The notes beneath the pieces are model-generated. The model ran no database searches. It saw nothing but the letters and a program-made list of their open reading frames with translations, and was not told where the DNA came from. A program made the position numbers and the translations under genes. Positions 1-27,760 of a stretch of DNA of 64,000 nucleotides are shown here, piece after piece. Location: NCBI RefSeq assembly GCF_009914755.1, contig NC_060941.1; one strand, given 5' to 3'. The DNA is from the human T2T-CHM13v2.0 reference genome, Homo sapiens. Position 1 is the first letter of the stretch. Each line of letters starts with the position of its first letter.

Positions 1-415
1 ACCCCCAAACATAAGAGATAAAACTATAAATTTCAGGAAGAAAATGTAAGTCTAAACCTTTGTGACCTTAGGTTGGACAAAGATTCTCTAGATACAACAC
101 CAAGAGGGCAGTAATAAAAGAAAACTTGAAAAACTGAATTTCACCAAAGCAAAAGCTTTTGAGCTATAAGGGACACCATGAAGAAAATGAAACAACTAGC
201 CAGACAGAAACAATATGTGCAGAATCTTATTTCTGATAAAAGACTTGTATCCAGAACATATCGAGAACTCTTGTAACTTGTAAAAGAAGAAAAACACAAT
301 TTTTAAATGGGCAGACACTTACATAGACATGTCACCCCCCCCCAAAAAAAAAGTAAAACAAAATAAAATCTTCATGCCTTTGGGTTAAGCATTGGTTTCT
401 TAAATATGAAGTCAT

Positions 416-768
<353 letters not shown>

Positions 769-1099
769 CTATCAAAATTAAAAACTTTTCTGCCTCAAAA
801 CAATACTACCAAGCAAGGGAGAAGACAATTTATATATTAAGAATAATGTAGAATTATTAGAATTGGAGAAAATATTTCCAAATCCTACACCACAGCCTGC
901 ATGAAAGTGTGACATCCTGTCTCACATGCAAATTTTTTAAATCATCAATCAATTAGGTACTTATATCAAGACTATGTAAAAAACTCTTGTGACTCAATAA
1001 TAAAAAGACAAACCCAATTTTAAAATGTGAAGAAGATCTAAATAGACATTATTCCAAAAAACATACGTAAATGACCAATAGGCACATTGAAAGATAACA

Positions 1100-1388
1100 C
1101 AAACCTATAATCCAAGCACTTTGGGAAGCCTAGGCAGGTGGATTGCTTGAGCCAAGGAGTGTGACACCAGCCTGGACAATATGAGGAAACCCCATCTCTA
1201 CAAAAAAAAAAAAAAAAATTCAAAAATTAGCTAGGTATGATGGTGCACACCTATAGTCCCAGCTACTCAAGACCTGAGGCAGGAGGATCACCTGAGCCCG
1301 GAAGGTTGAGGCTACACTGAGCCCAGATCGTGCCACTGGACTCTAACCTGAGTGACAAGAATAAGAATCTGTCTCAAAAAAAAAAAAA
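1100..1388 (+). mobile_element. AluJ, slightly 5'-truncated
   Basis: AluJ diagnostics 'ggattgcttgagcc' and 'gaggatcacctgagcccggaaggttgaggct'; poly(A) tail. Confidence 0.85.
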
Positions 1389-2874
1389 GTATAAAGTAAC
1401 ACATCAATAGTCACTAGAGAAATATAAAACAAAACAAAAAAATACCAAAATGAGATACCACTTCCCACCTATTATGATGGCTAACATCAAGAAGACAGTA
1501 AGTTGGCAGCAATGTGGAGAATCTGAATGCTTATAATGTGCTGCTGGAATATAAAATGGTACAGCTACTTGGGAAAACAACTGATCAGTTTCTTAAAAGT
1601 GCCGTGTAAATGTACCCTATTCCTAGTAATTATACTCCTAGATATATATACAATGTATGAGATATTAAGGTATATGTCCAGACAAAAACTTGCTCAAGTA
1701 AGGTCACTGTAGCATTATTCATAACAGCAAAAAATGAAAACAACAGAATCATCAAGTGATGATTAGATAAACAGGTGGTATGTTCACAGAGTACTTAAAT
1801 GCTCAGCAATAAAAAGGAGCTACTGATACACGCAACAAGCCCAATGAGCCTGAGGTGAATTACGCTCAGTGAAAAAAAAAACTAATTTCAACAGGAAACA
1901 CGCTATATATTCAATTTCTATATCATAATTCAGAAATAGGGGTAATAAAAGCATCCTAAAATTAAGATTGTGATGACGGTTGTAAAATCATTTAAAAAAT
2001 TTTTAAGACTGTAAATTTACTATCAGTGAATTAAATACTTCAGACAGGTGAATTTCATGGTGCATCAATTCTACCTCAATAAAGCTGCTAAAAATTAATC
2101 TTTTCACTACAATGAGAATAAAACAAAGATTAACAGAAAACAAAATGTATGTGTTCATGTATGTATTATTTTCCCTTTTATCCCTACATTGTAAAGAGTA
2201 TTCCAATTATATTGGTTATTTCTTTTCAAAAGTCTAAAAAAAATATTGGCTCCAAAGGGTACCACTCTTTATCATTTTTTCTCTTCAAATGAAATGGCTA
2301 AACTTCCCTAAAGGAAGTTGAAATCCTTCTCATTCCCCAACGGCTCATATAAATGTCCTCTCCCTCTTGAAATTCTTCCTGAACTACAAAGGAATCCAAC
2401 CCCTAATGAACATTCGCAGCACTTTCTCTGAACCATTCTTACAGCAGAGATGTGAGGCTCTTGCCATCATCATTTTACAAACTTTTCTCTGTTCCATGAG
2501 ACTCCGAGCACTCCAGAGCCATAATGCTTATACACAGTTGTGTATCCCCTCCCCACCCAAAGCTGTGTCCAAAAATGCCATGCCTATTCAGTGACATCAG
2601 GTCAGTTAATCCTACTCATAATGCTTGAAGTGGGGGCAGATCTATGATCTTACACAGAAAACAAGTAGCTGATCTGAAAACAAAAAACAAGTCTCTACTT
2701 TTTCAGCTCAATCAACTTTTCTTGGATTATATAAATATCTAAGCAACCCATCTGAAAATGTCTTACATCATATTCTCAAAGAAAATAAAAGAGAAACCAT
2801 TAAAGTGTATTAAAATCTAGCAAAATGGGATTAGGAAGCCAGCCAGCTATCAAGGAAGCAAAGCAATCACTAAT

Positions 2875-2903
2875 CTAGATGCTTCTTTGGCTCTAAGAGA
2901 GAT
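2875..2903 (-). pseudogene. GTF2I: GTF2I pseudo-exon 6 (29 nt)
   Basis: ctgcag|ATCTCTCTTAGAGCCAAAGAAGCATCTAG|attagt, reading (R)SLLEPKKHL(G); donor GT changed to AT. Confidence 0.8.
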
Positions 2904-3073
2904 CTGCAGTAAAACAAAACTAACAAAACTACACATGAATACACAAAATTAATGACAGCATAAATTTAAATGAATTGTGTTATCCAAGAATTTTTAAAAT
3001 ATATTAACATAAGCTGAATATTCAAATTTATATGAATAAACCTTTGATGGGCACGAAGGAAGAAAGCTCCTCA

Positions 3074-3301
<228 letters not shown>

Positions 3302-3723
3302 TTAAAAAACAAAATCATCACTACCTTATTGTGGCTTAATAAAGGCATACGTGATCTTTTGTAATATGTGATTTTAAAATTACTTAATACCATAGCACCC
3401 TATTCGCATGTAAGAAGTTCTAAACCTGACACCTATCCAAAGGGCCAAAATGAAAAGTATATTAAATATATGACTTCAAAAACTACACAAAAGGAGAGAG
3501 AAATGTCTGATTTCTTGCATTATTGTCTTTAAGATGGTCCTACCCTGGCATATTTCTTGAGTTCCTTCTAAATGGAAGTGGAAAGTAAGGTTATTCCTCA
3601 TCCATTCAGTTTGTGAAAATGTGTGTTATAATACTGTTAAGTCAATGGCGTAACATAGTCTACCCTTTAGAAAACTCTATTATATCATGTTTCTTTTATA
3701 AAATTTAAGTGTATCGCTTTTAA

Positions 3724-3859
3724 GATAGCAAAAGCAGAAATAGTCCTCAACTGTTTTTTCTGAGTGTTGCCACTTCTACAGCATCTACACTCATCTGACT
3801 CACCTGGGTTGTAGACTTTATTTAATGCATCTCTGCAACCTTTTCTTCTTCTTCAACAC
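3724..3859 (-). pseudogene. GTF2I: GTF2I pseudo-exon 4
   Basis: Reads [33 protein letters not shown](+1 frameshift)VEDYFCFCY. Acceptor intact; natural donor lost (TATC|ttaa). Confidence 0.9.
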
Positions 3860-3974
3860 CTGTAAAAAATAATAAAAATGTGCATACCTATTATCTTAAT
3901 ATTTATTTGGTTTTTAGTAAAAATAGTTTTTCCTGTATACCAATATTTGTGATCTGTTATACAAACAAAAAATA

Positions 3975-4268
3975 GGTCAAGTGAGGTGGCTCACACTTAT
4001 AATCCCACCACTTTGGGATGCTGAGGCAGAATTACTTGAGCCCAGGATTTCAAGACTAGCTTGACAACACAGAAACAACCCATCCCTACAAAAAAGATAA
4101 ATAAAATTAGGTGTGGTGGTGCATATCTGTAGTCCTAGCTACCCTGGAGGCTGAAGCAAGAGGATTGCTTGAGTCCAGAAATTTAAGGTTATGATGAGCT
4201 ATAATTACACTACTACACTCCAATCTGGGTCACAGAAAATGACCCTGTCTCAAAAAAACAAACAAAAA
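3975..4268 (+). mobile_element. AluJ
   Basis: Diverged dimeric Alu with J diagnostics and A-rich tail. Confidence 0.85.
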
Positions 4269-4389
4269 GGCGGGAAGATTTTTTAAAGGAAGGTTTTAAA
4301 ATAAAAACCTAAAATAAGAGTAATTTATTGGTTATAAACTTAAATATGGGAAGATTATTATCAGGAAACAAATTCTAGGCTTACAAAGT

Positions 4390-4670
4390 CTAGCACAATA
4401 ACCAATAGACACATGTGACACTTGAAATGTGGCCAGTCCAAATTCAGATGTTCTGTAAGTGAACAATACACATTAACTTTTGAAAACTCAGCACAAAAAG
4501 TATTCCAAATATCCCATTAATAATTTCTATATTGATTACATATTGAAATATTTTAAAGTATTGCCACTAAAATGATTTTCACTTGTTTCTCTATATTTTT
4601 AATATTATAACTAGAAAGTTTTACATCATGTGAATGACTCACATTATATTTAGTTCTATTCAATAGCACT
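4390..4670 (-). mobile_element. MER33-like hAT-Charlie DNA transposon relic
   Basis: 'cacttgaaatgtggccagtccaaattcagatgttctgtaagtg...' matches the reverse complement of MER33 as I recall it. Confidence 0.6.
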
Positions 4671-5655
4671 TTTCTTTAAATCCCAGAAAAGGGCTCAGAA
4701 TTCTCCTGAAGAATTTCTACAACTTCCTCATGAACCTATTGATTATGTTTCAGAAGAACGCTATTGCAAACAAATAAAAGGTACTTGAGAATTAGTTACA
4801 AAAACCATTCTTCATGGTATCAAATTAGTAACAATGTAAACAAACTACAAATACCAATAGGCATTGGCTACAACTCACAACTGAGGACAACTCCCCTAAT
4901 GTTTAGTTGCAATCACTGGAGAACCATGTAAGCCATGGAGCACAGGAAGGGGAGAAAAACATAGCTGCCTGCAAGACTGTGGTATTTGTGGATCAGAGGG
5001 CAGGTGATACACACACAATCAAAACAGCGTTATTAGTATAAAGAAACATACAATCAAGGACTTAACATTTCTCAAAATTATAATATTGGCAAAATTTAAA
5101 AAATAAGTTACTACCATAAAGCTTGGAAGATTATAACACAGGTGGTGAGGGGAGGGATACAGTGGTGAGGATAGTTTTTTTTAAGAAACTAAAAATACTA
5201 CTCCGAATAGGAATAGTGAATTAGCAAAATTTTTAATTCACTGGTAATCTGCACAATTTATCATGAATTGAATCTAATCTGACAACAGAAATTTAGGTTT
5301 AAACCTTAGTGGCATACAGACATCTGTGGGAGGTACTGTAGGTTCAATTCCAGACCACCACAATCATGGAAGTATAAAGTGAAGTCACACAAATGTCTTT
5401 GTTTCCCAATGCATTTGAAAGTTATCTTGAATCTTTCTTTCACAAAAGATCTCTAGGAGGTATGATGCTATTGGATAGCATTTTACACACAGTGGAACTT
5501 CTTTCCAAATCAGAATCAATCCTCCAAAAGCCTGCCATGGCTTTATGAAGTAAATTTATGGAATATTTTAAATCTTTTGTCATTTCAACAATATTCACGA
5601 CATCTTCACCAGGAGTAGACTCCATTTCAGAGACCCGTTTCTTTGCACATTGTAA

Positions 5656-6090
<435 letters not shown>

Positions 6091-6278
6091 AACAGGCTCC
6101 ACTTCTAGTTCTAGTTCACTTGCTGTTTCCACTACATCTGCAGTTCCTTCCTCCACTAAAATCTTGTACCCTTTAAAGTCACCTATGAGAGATGGAATCA
6201 ACATCTTCCACAGTCCTGTAAATGATATTTTGTTCTCTCCCAATTAATCACAAATGTTAATGGCACCTAGAACAGTAA

Positions 6279-6653
<375 letters not shown>

Positions 6654-6687
6654 TATAAAATATATTTCTTAGAGAATAAAACTTGAA

Positions 6688-6998
6688 GGCTGAGTGCATT
6701 GGCTCACATCTCTAATCTCAAACACTGAAGAAGGCCAAGGTGGGCAGATTGCTTGAGTGCAGAAGTTTGAAACCAGCTTAGGCAACATGGAAATTTAACA
6801 TCTCTAACAAAAAAAAAAACCCACAAAAATTAGCTGGGTATGCTGGTGCAACACCTGTGGTCCCAGCTATTCAGCAGGCCGAAGTGGGAGGATCACCTGA
6901 TCCTGAGAAGATTGAGGCTGCAGTGAGCTGTGATTGTGCCGTTACATTCAAGTCTGAGCAACAGTGAGGTGACCTTCTCAAAAAAGAAAAAAATAAAA
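6688..6998 (+). mobile_element. AluJ
   Basis: Dimeric Alu; TSD approximately 'ataaaacttgaa' / 'ataagacttgaa'. Confidence 0.87.
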
Positions 6999-7206
6999 AT
7001 CATAAGACTTGAAATTACTCCTAGATCCATGGGCTGCAGAATGGATGTTGCATAAGCAGGCATGAAAATGACATTCATCTCCTTGTACACATCCATCAGG
7101 GCTCTCAGAGTGACTGGGTGCAGTGCTAATGAGCAGTAATATTTTGAAAGGAACTTTTTTTCTGGGCAGTTGGTCTCAAAACTAGGCTTAAAATATTCAG
7201 TGAACA

Positions 7207-14420
<7,214 letters not shown>

Positions 14421-16194
14421 AAAAATTCAGTGAACAATGCTATAAAGAGATGTGCTGTCATCCAGGCTTTATTCTTCTGTTGATAGAACACATGCAGAGC
14501 AGATTTAGCGTAGCTCTTAAGGGCCCTAGAATTTTTGGAATGGTAAATGAGCATTGGCTTCTATTAAAGTCACCAGCTGCATTAGCCTCTAACAAGAGTC
14601 TCAGCCTGTCCTTTGAAGCTTTGAAGCCAGTAATGGAATTCTCTCTAGCTAGCAAAGTCCTAGATGGCATCTTCCAATATAAGGCTGTTTTGTCTACATT
14701 AATAATCTGTTTTTTGAGTGTAGCCATCTTCATGAATTATCTCAGCGAGATCTTCTGAAGAACTCACAGTTCTTACATCAAGCACTTGCTGCTTCACCTT
14801 GCACTTTTATATTATAGAGACTGTGTCTTTCTTTAAACCTCATGAGCCAACCTCAGCTAGCTTTCAGCTTTTCTTTTGTAGCTTACTCACCTCCTCTCAG
14901 CCATCACAGAACTGAAGAGAGTTAGGGCCTTGTTCTGGATTAAGCTTTGACTTACAGGAATGTTATGGCCCATTTGATCTTCTATTCAGACCAAAGTTTC
15001 TCGGTATCAGCAACAAGGCTGTTTTGCTTTTTTATCATTTGTGGGTTCACTGGAGCAGCACTTCTCATTTCCTTCGATAACTTTTCCTGTGCATTCACCA
15101 CCTGGCCAACTGTTTGGCCTAGCTTTCAACTGCCAACATGTCTTCCTCACTAAGCTTCTTCATTTTTAACTTGATTTAAAGTGAACTGACTGCAACTCCT
15201 TCTTTTACATGAACAATTAGAGGCCACTGGAGGGCTATTAACTGGTCTCACTTCAATATTGTGTCTCAGGGACTAGGGAGGCCTTAGGAGAGGAAGCAAT
15301 GGGAAACCTCCTCATTGGTGGAGCAGTCAGAGCAGACAACATTTACCAATGAGGTTTGCCATCTTACACAGGTGTGTTCATGGAGTCCAAAACAATTACA
15401 ACAGTAACATCAAAGCTCACTGATCTCAGGTCACCACAGCACATATAATAATCATGAAAAAGTTTGAAATATTCTAAGAGTAACCAAATGTGACACAGAC
15501 AACCAAAGAGAGCACATGCTGTTGGAAAAATGGCACAACGGACTTGCTTGACACAAGATTGCCACGAATCTTCAATTTGTAAAAACTGCAGTATCTGCAG
15601 GGCTCAAAAAAGTTGAGTTATGCCTGGATGTATTCTGTGCCTATAGACGCCCTGCCTTTTTTGTTCCCTTTCAGTGTTTCCCTCAGTTAACATGAAACCT
15701 ATCGATAGTGTTAGGTTACACACAGATATGAAAGTTGTCATACTGTGAAAAGGCCATAAGTATTAACACCCTATAGTAAATTTTAATACTCTGTTCCAAT
15801 GTCAGATAAGCTCACTGCTCTAAACAAGGATTGCAAAACCCACTGAAGATTCAGATAAGGTGATTCCACTGAGCGAGTTGAGGAGAACTGTTTAATTCTG
15901 CATCATGCTTAAACAAACTTCTCTGCACAGTGAATTTCTTGTTTGCAGTTCACCAACTTTATCTAGAATTCCTTATCTGACTAAGAACTATTCAAAAATT
16001 CTCTCCCTTCATTACCTTCTCTCTAATGCATCTCATTAATCCAGAGTGAAGCCAAGCAAGGAGCCCCATACAATCAACACTTGCCATTGTTCTTAACTCT
16101 TCAGTATCCACCGTGACATATTACGACTTCGGTGATTCCTTTTGAGCATTTTGAAATGTCTGCATAAACATTTCAGAAAATCATTCATAGTTTA

Positions 16195-16490
16195 GGCCGT
16201 GCACAGTGGCTCACACCTGTAATCCCAGCACTTTGGGAGGCCGAGTGGATCATTTGAAGTCAGGAGTTCAATACCAGCTTGACCAACATGGTGAAACCCC
16301 ATCTCTACTAAAAATACAAACCAAAAAAAAATTAGCTGGGCGTGGTGCCACGTGCCTGTAACCCCAGCTACTCAGGAGGCTGAGACAGGGGATTTGCTTG
16401 AACTCAGGAAGCAGAGGTTGTGTGAGCCGAGACCTTGCCACTGCACTCCAGCCTAGACAACAGAATGAGATTCCATCTCAAAAAAAAAAA
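16195..16490 (+). mobile_element. AluS
   Basis: Dimeric Alu; TSD approximately 'atagttta'. Confidence 0.9.
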
Positions 16491-16605
16491 TTTTTTTTTA
16501 TAGTTTAAACCTCATTCTGCTTTAGAAGAAAATATGACTAGTCTTATCTATAAATATTTAGGTTGAAAATCAATGAAATAAAAATGATAAAAACACAATG
16601 CTTGC

Positions 16606-16748
16606 AATATTTTACAAAATCTGTTTGAAAATCCTTTCTGGTATTGAAAAAATTGTGTCCTCTGTCCTTCAGTTCCGAAGGCAAAGACATCTGCTTTATA
16701 CTCAGTGATGCAGGCCCCTTTGGCCTTAAACTTGGCCAGTTCTTTCAA
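16606..16748 (-). pseudogene. GTF2I: GTF2I pseudo-exon 3
   Basis: Reads LKELAKFKAKGACITEYKADVFAFGTE...(frameshift)...TRKDFQTDFVKY, against TFII-I [27 protein letters not shown]. Acceptor intact; donor GT changed to GC. Confidence 0.88.
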
Positions 16749-16835
16749 CTACAATAAGCACAGCAAATATTATGTTAAAGGCAGATATTTAAAATCACCA
16801 TTTCTGCTAGGTGAATGAAAAAAAATCTAGCACAA

Positions 16836-17228
<393 letters not shown>

Positions 17229-17289
17229 TTAAAAAAAAGACAGCACAAAATTTATAAGAAAAAAAATGCAGAAATCCCTTATAATCTAT

Positions 17290-17600
17290 TATTGGTCAGA
17301 TTCTCCAAGAAAGAGACTGAGATTTCACACAGGCTTGCTGGGGAGCACTGTCAATAACAGCACCCAGGAGGTGGGAGGCAGGCATGGATGAACAGGCAAA
17401 GTGCTGAACAGGGATGCAGCTGCACCAACAGCTCAGAAGCCAGTGTGGTCCTCCCCAGGGAAAAGGTGGACAAGGTGACTCGAACACTCACAGCAGCTGG
17501 GGAACTTAGCGCCATCTGCTGAAACCCAGATGAAACCCACACTATAGCATTCAGTACATAATCCCCTCCTCCAGAAATCCTCCTCCCCATCTACACATAG
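17290..17600. mobile_element. Possible old ERVL-type LTR fragment (LTR33/LTR16-like)
   Basis: GC-richer patch with resemblance to LTR33-type motifs; weak. Confidence 0.3.
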
Positions 17601-18276
17601 CCAGAATCACATTTAGATGATTATTTACTGAATTTCACTAAGTATATTTCTCTGAGAGTCAATATTCTTTAAAAACATTATAGAGTACGTAGTACTCCAT
17701 TTCATGGATACACCATAATTCCTTTAGTGCTTACATTATTTCAAAGGTCAGTGATTCCAATTTTCCCTCTTAAAAATAACACTACCGTAATAACCTGGGA
17801 AGAAAATATTTATGTACATATTCAATGATTTTCTCAAAAAAGACATGAAAGTCAAGAAAAACCACCATTGAGAGTCAATACTCCAAATACTCAAAATCTA
17901 CTGAAATTTGCTTTCTAATAAGGTTCATAATATCCTAGCAAATGTTACCATGTGACTTTTCCAGAAACCTTGAAAAAGGGTATCTTAGACTCATTAAAAT
18001 ACTCCACTGATTGGTGTTAAAATTAAAGAGTATCGTAGCATAATTTTCTGCCAATTACCATATCCTTTGCCTATTTTTCAAATGTGTTAGTGTATATCTG
18101 ACTAACCCATAAAATTACATCACTTATTTTAGGCATAGAAAAGCCATTTACGGAATTAAATAATTATATAATAATTACATATATTTTGTTTTGGTTTTAA
18201 AATTTGTCTTAGTATAACTATTTTTGCTTATCTATAATTTAACTCATCACATGACGAAGACTATACGTTGAAGCTT

Positions 18277-24228
<5,952 letters not shown>

Positions 24229-25014
24229 TTGAAGCTTGTTTTTACCAAAATTTTTATTTTTTACCAAATAGCCTATTTTCTCAGTATCATTTGTTGAAAA
24301 CCATAAGCTTTCCACTATTTATTTTTGATTTGTACAATAATCTCCCTCTAATTTCTTAACTGGAGATTATTTCTGCATAATATTGCTTTAAAATGTTATC
24401 TTCAGTAACTAATTTAGCAACTGGTGAGGTGATCGAAATCTTTTGAGTTATAATAAAGTCATGGTAGAGAACTTCTGACCTGGAGGTGGGCCGAGAGCTA
24501 CCCCAGCGTGAAGCTTGATGGGCCTTGGTAATTTCCTTCCATTGCACTTACTTGACTTGTGATGTGGCTACTCTCCTATAAGGAACTATTATTTACTTAC
24601 CTTGAGTAAATGAGCGTACATTCTTGCTTCACTATCCACACTCTAAAACAATCCTGTCAACAAAGGCAATGGTTATGAAAGAGTAAGCAAGATTCATGTA
24701 CTATCCATAGATTAAAGAAGTCTACCAGCCAAGGAAGGGACAAAGTCAGCCTGGATCTGCTTAGCACTCTGACAAGCCAGTGAAGAACTCAGCAGTTTCT
24801 ACACCTTTAATTATACTGTGTTATATACAACTAGGAATAGAAGGAGAAATGGTCTTACTAATGCTGGGAAGGAAGAAATAAAGGCTGAGAATAGTGAAAT
24901 GACTATGCCAAACATGAAAGAACTATAAAGAAATTCTAAGGAAGTGAATGGGTCTTACGTGGTCCTATGGTACTCTTTGCAGAGATCAATATTTTCAAAA
25001 ATTATTTTATTGTC

Positions 25015-25540
<526 letters not shown>

Positions 25541-25733
25541 GTAAATAAAAAATAGAAAATACCTAAGCCTGATACTTTTTATAATAAGTACTATTTCCAG
25601 CTACATACCCATAAAAATAGAAAATAATTATATAAATACCATGATAGTAATATAAAAATACAAAACTACATAATTGGTACTCAATATTTCACTATAATTA
25701 TGCATATGATAGGCTTTTTTTTTTTAAAGAGCT

Positions 25734-26030
25734 GGCCAGGTGCGGTGGCTCTCACCTGCAATCCCAGCAATTTGGGAGTCCAAGGCAGACAGATCACTTG
25801 AGCTCAGCAGTTGAAGACAAGCCTCACCAACATTGTGAAACCCCATCTTTAGCAAAAAAATACAAAAATTAGCTGAGTGTGGTGGCACACATCTGCAGCC
25901 CCAGCTACTAGAAAGGCTGTCATGAGAATCACTTGATCCTGGGAAGCGGAGGTTGCAGTGAGCTAGGATCGCACCACTGCACTCCACCCTGGGTGACAGA
26001 GTGAGACTCTGTCAAATAAAATAAAATAAA
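25734..26030 (+). mobile_element. Alu (S/J)
   Basis: Dimeric Alu with (TAAAA)n tail. Confidence 0.88.
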
Positions 26031-26482
26031 CAGCTAACACTAAACAATTTAGAAAGAGGTGGTTAGTGCAATAGTGAATGTGTAAGCAGAAGAAATATAC
26101 ATACACAATAGTAAAGATGCCTTAATGACCCCGAATTCTGGGAGTCTTCTACATATAGATACAATAAAACTCCAGCACCATACTCTAGGATACAAACTCA
26201 TTCTGAGTAACCACAAATATTATACATAATTTCAAAACACTTGCAAAACAAATGATTGCCTAAAATAATGGTAGAAAATTATTTGACATTCAATGTAAAA
26301 ATTAAACATTCTGAAGCATGGTAATAAAATGTGATTTGAAAGGCATAACTGCTATTCAAGAAAAAAAAACTACTCCTTAAAACCAAAAAAATACGTACAA
26401 TTATATCTTCTACAAAAACAAATCAACCTTAACTACAGTCCAGTTCTACCCAACTATGGAATGTCAGAATAGAAGGTCTCAC

Positions 26483-26582
26483 CATGGACTCAAGAGCTGA
26501 CATGAGGAATGTCACCACCATCCTGCTGAGGACTCCTCATCTTCAACGGCCAGGGCGGACATTGTTACTTGGGCCATGATCT
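26483..26582 (-). pseudogene. GTF2I: GTF2I pseudo-exon 2 (first coding exon, ATG at 26577)
   Basis: Reads MAQVTMSALAVEDEESS(frameshift)SRMVVTFLMSALESM|gtgaga. Confidence 0.92.
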
Positions 26583-27179
26583 TTGTGCAAGACAAGCAAT
26601 AAGAAAGTGAGTGGTAGAAATATGGTGTTCCAGACCCACATTCAGAGCTCTGAGGATCTCCCACTGGCTGCCTAATTTACTGTTTTCTTGCCTAAGAAAA
26701 AAAACAAGACTCAAAAACTACATGATTTGCCCAAAACTCTCATCGGATAGAGAATCTATCCCCTAACTTTCTATCTAGTGTTATTTCAATAAAATTGGGT
26801 TAATATAAACACCCAAAAGAAATGCAGATGGCACTCAGAATCAGTGAAATTTCTCTCAAGAAGGAGGAGGAGGAGAGATGCTTTACAACCCAGTGATGGA
26901 CTATCACAGACCAAGGCAGGACAGAGCTGCCAAGCTCCCTCTCTCCCCTGCACATCCTGATACAGCAAAGGGTGGGTGCAGTGGACTGAGGCTGGGTGGA
27001 GAGAAGTTTCTCTTCTTACCGAGAAAATAGATCACAAGCATCAAGAAACAAGTAAGATTATTTATTATTACAGCATATGGCTGTATTTGAAAAACTTTTT
27101 GTAATATTTTGGTAACAATAAAGACCCTCAAATGAATTTCAAACACTATAAATATTCAACACATACACAGAAAACATTA

Positions 27180-27760
27180 ACTGTCAGCAAGGATATTGAA
27201 AAACTGGACCCTTTATGCACCGCTGTTTGGAATGTAAACTGGTGCAGCCCTTGTGGAAAACGGTTTGGCAGCTCCTTAAAATATTAAGCACAGAATTATC
27301 ACATAATCCAACAACTGCCATTCAGGGTATATACCCAAAAGAATTGAGAGCAAGGACTCAAATGGGTATTTGTACACTCATGTTCATAGCAACATTATTC
27401 ACAATGGCCAAAAAGTACAACCAACCCTAATGCCTATCAACAGGTAAATGGAGAAGCAAAATTGTACACACAAACATGGAATATTATTCACCTGTGTAAA
27501 GAAAAAACAATTCTGGCCAGGTTCGGTGACTTACCCCTATAATCTCAGCACTTTGGGAGGCCAAGGCAGGCAGATCACTTGAGTCCAGAAGTTCCAGATG
27601 AGCCTGGGCAAAATAGCAAGACCTCGTTTCTGTAAGTTTTTTTTTTTTTAAGAAAATTCTGATAATGCTATAGATGAACCTTGATAGCACTATGCAATCT
27701 ATGCATGCAACAAAATTGCACTTATACTCCACAAATGTATGTAAGGTTGTTTTAAAATGG
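27180..27760 (+). mobile_element. Old L1M 3' fragments with an inserted Alu monomer (FLAM, 27515-27650)
   Basis: ORF2 C-terminal motif [13 protein letters not shown]...GIYPKE; single Alu left monomer. Confidence 0.65.
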
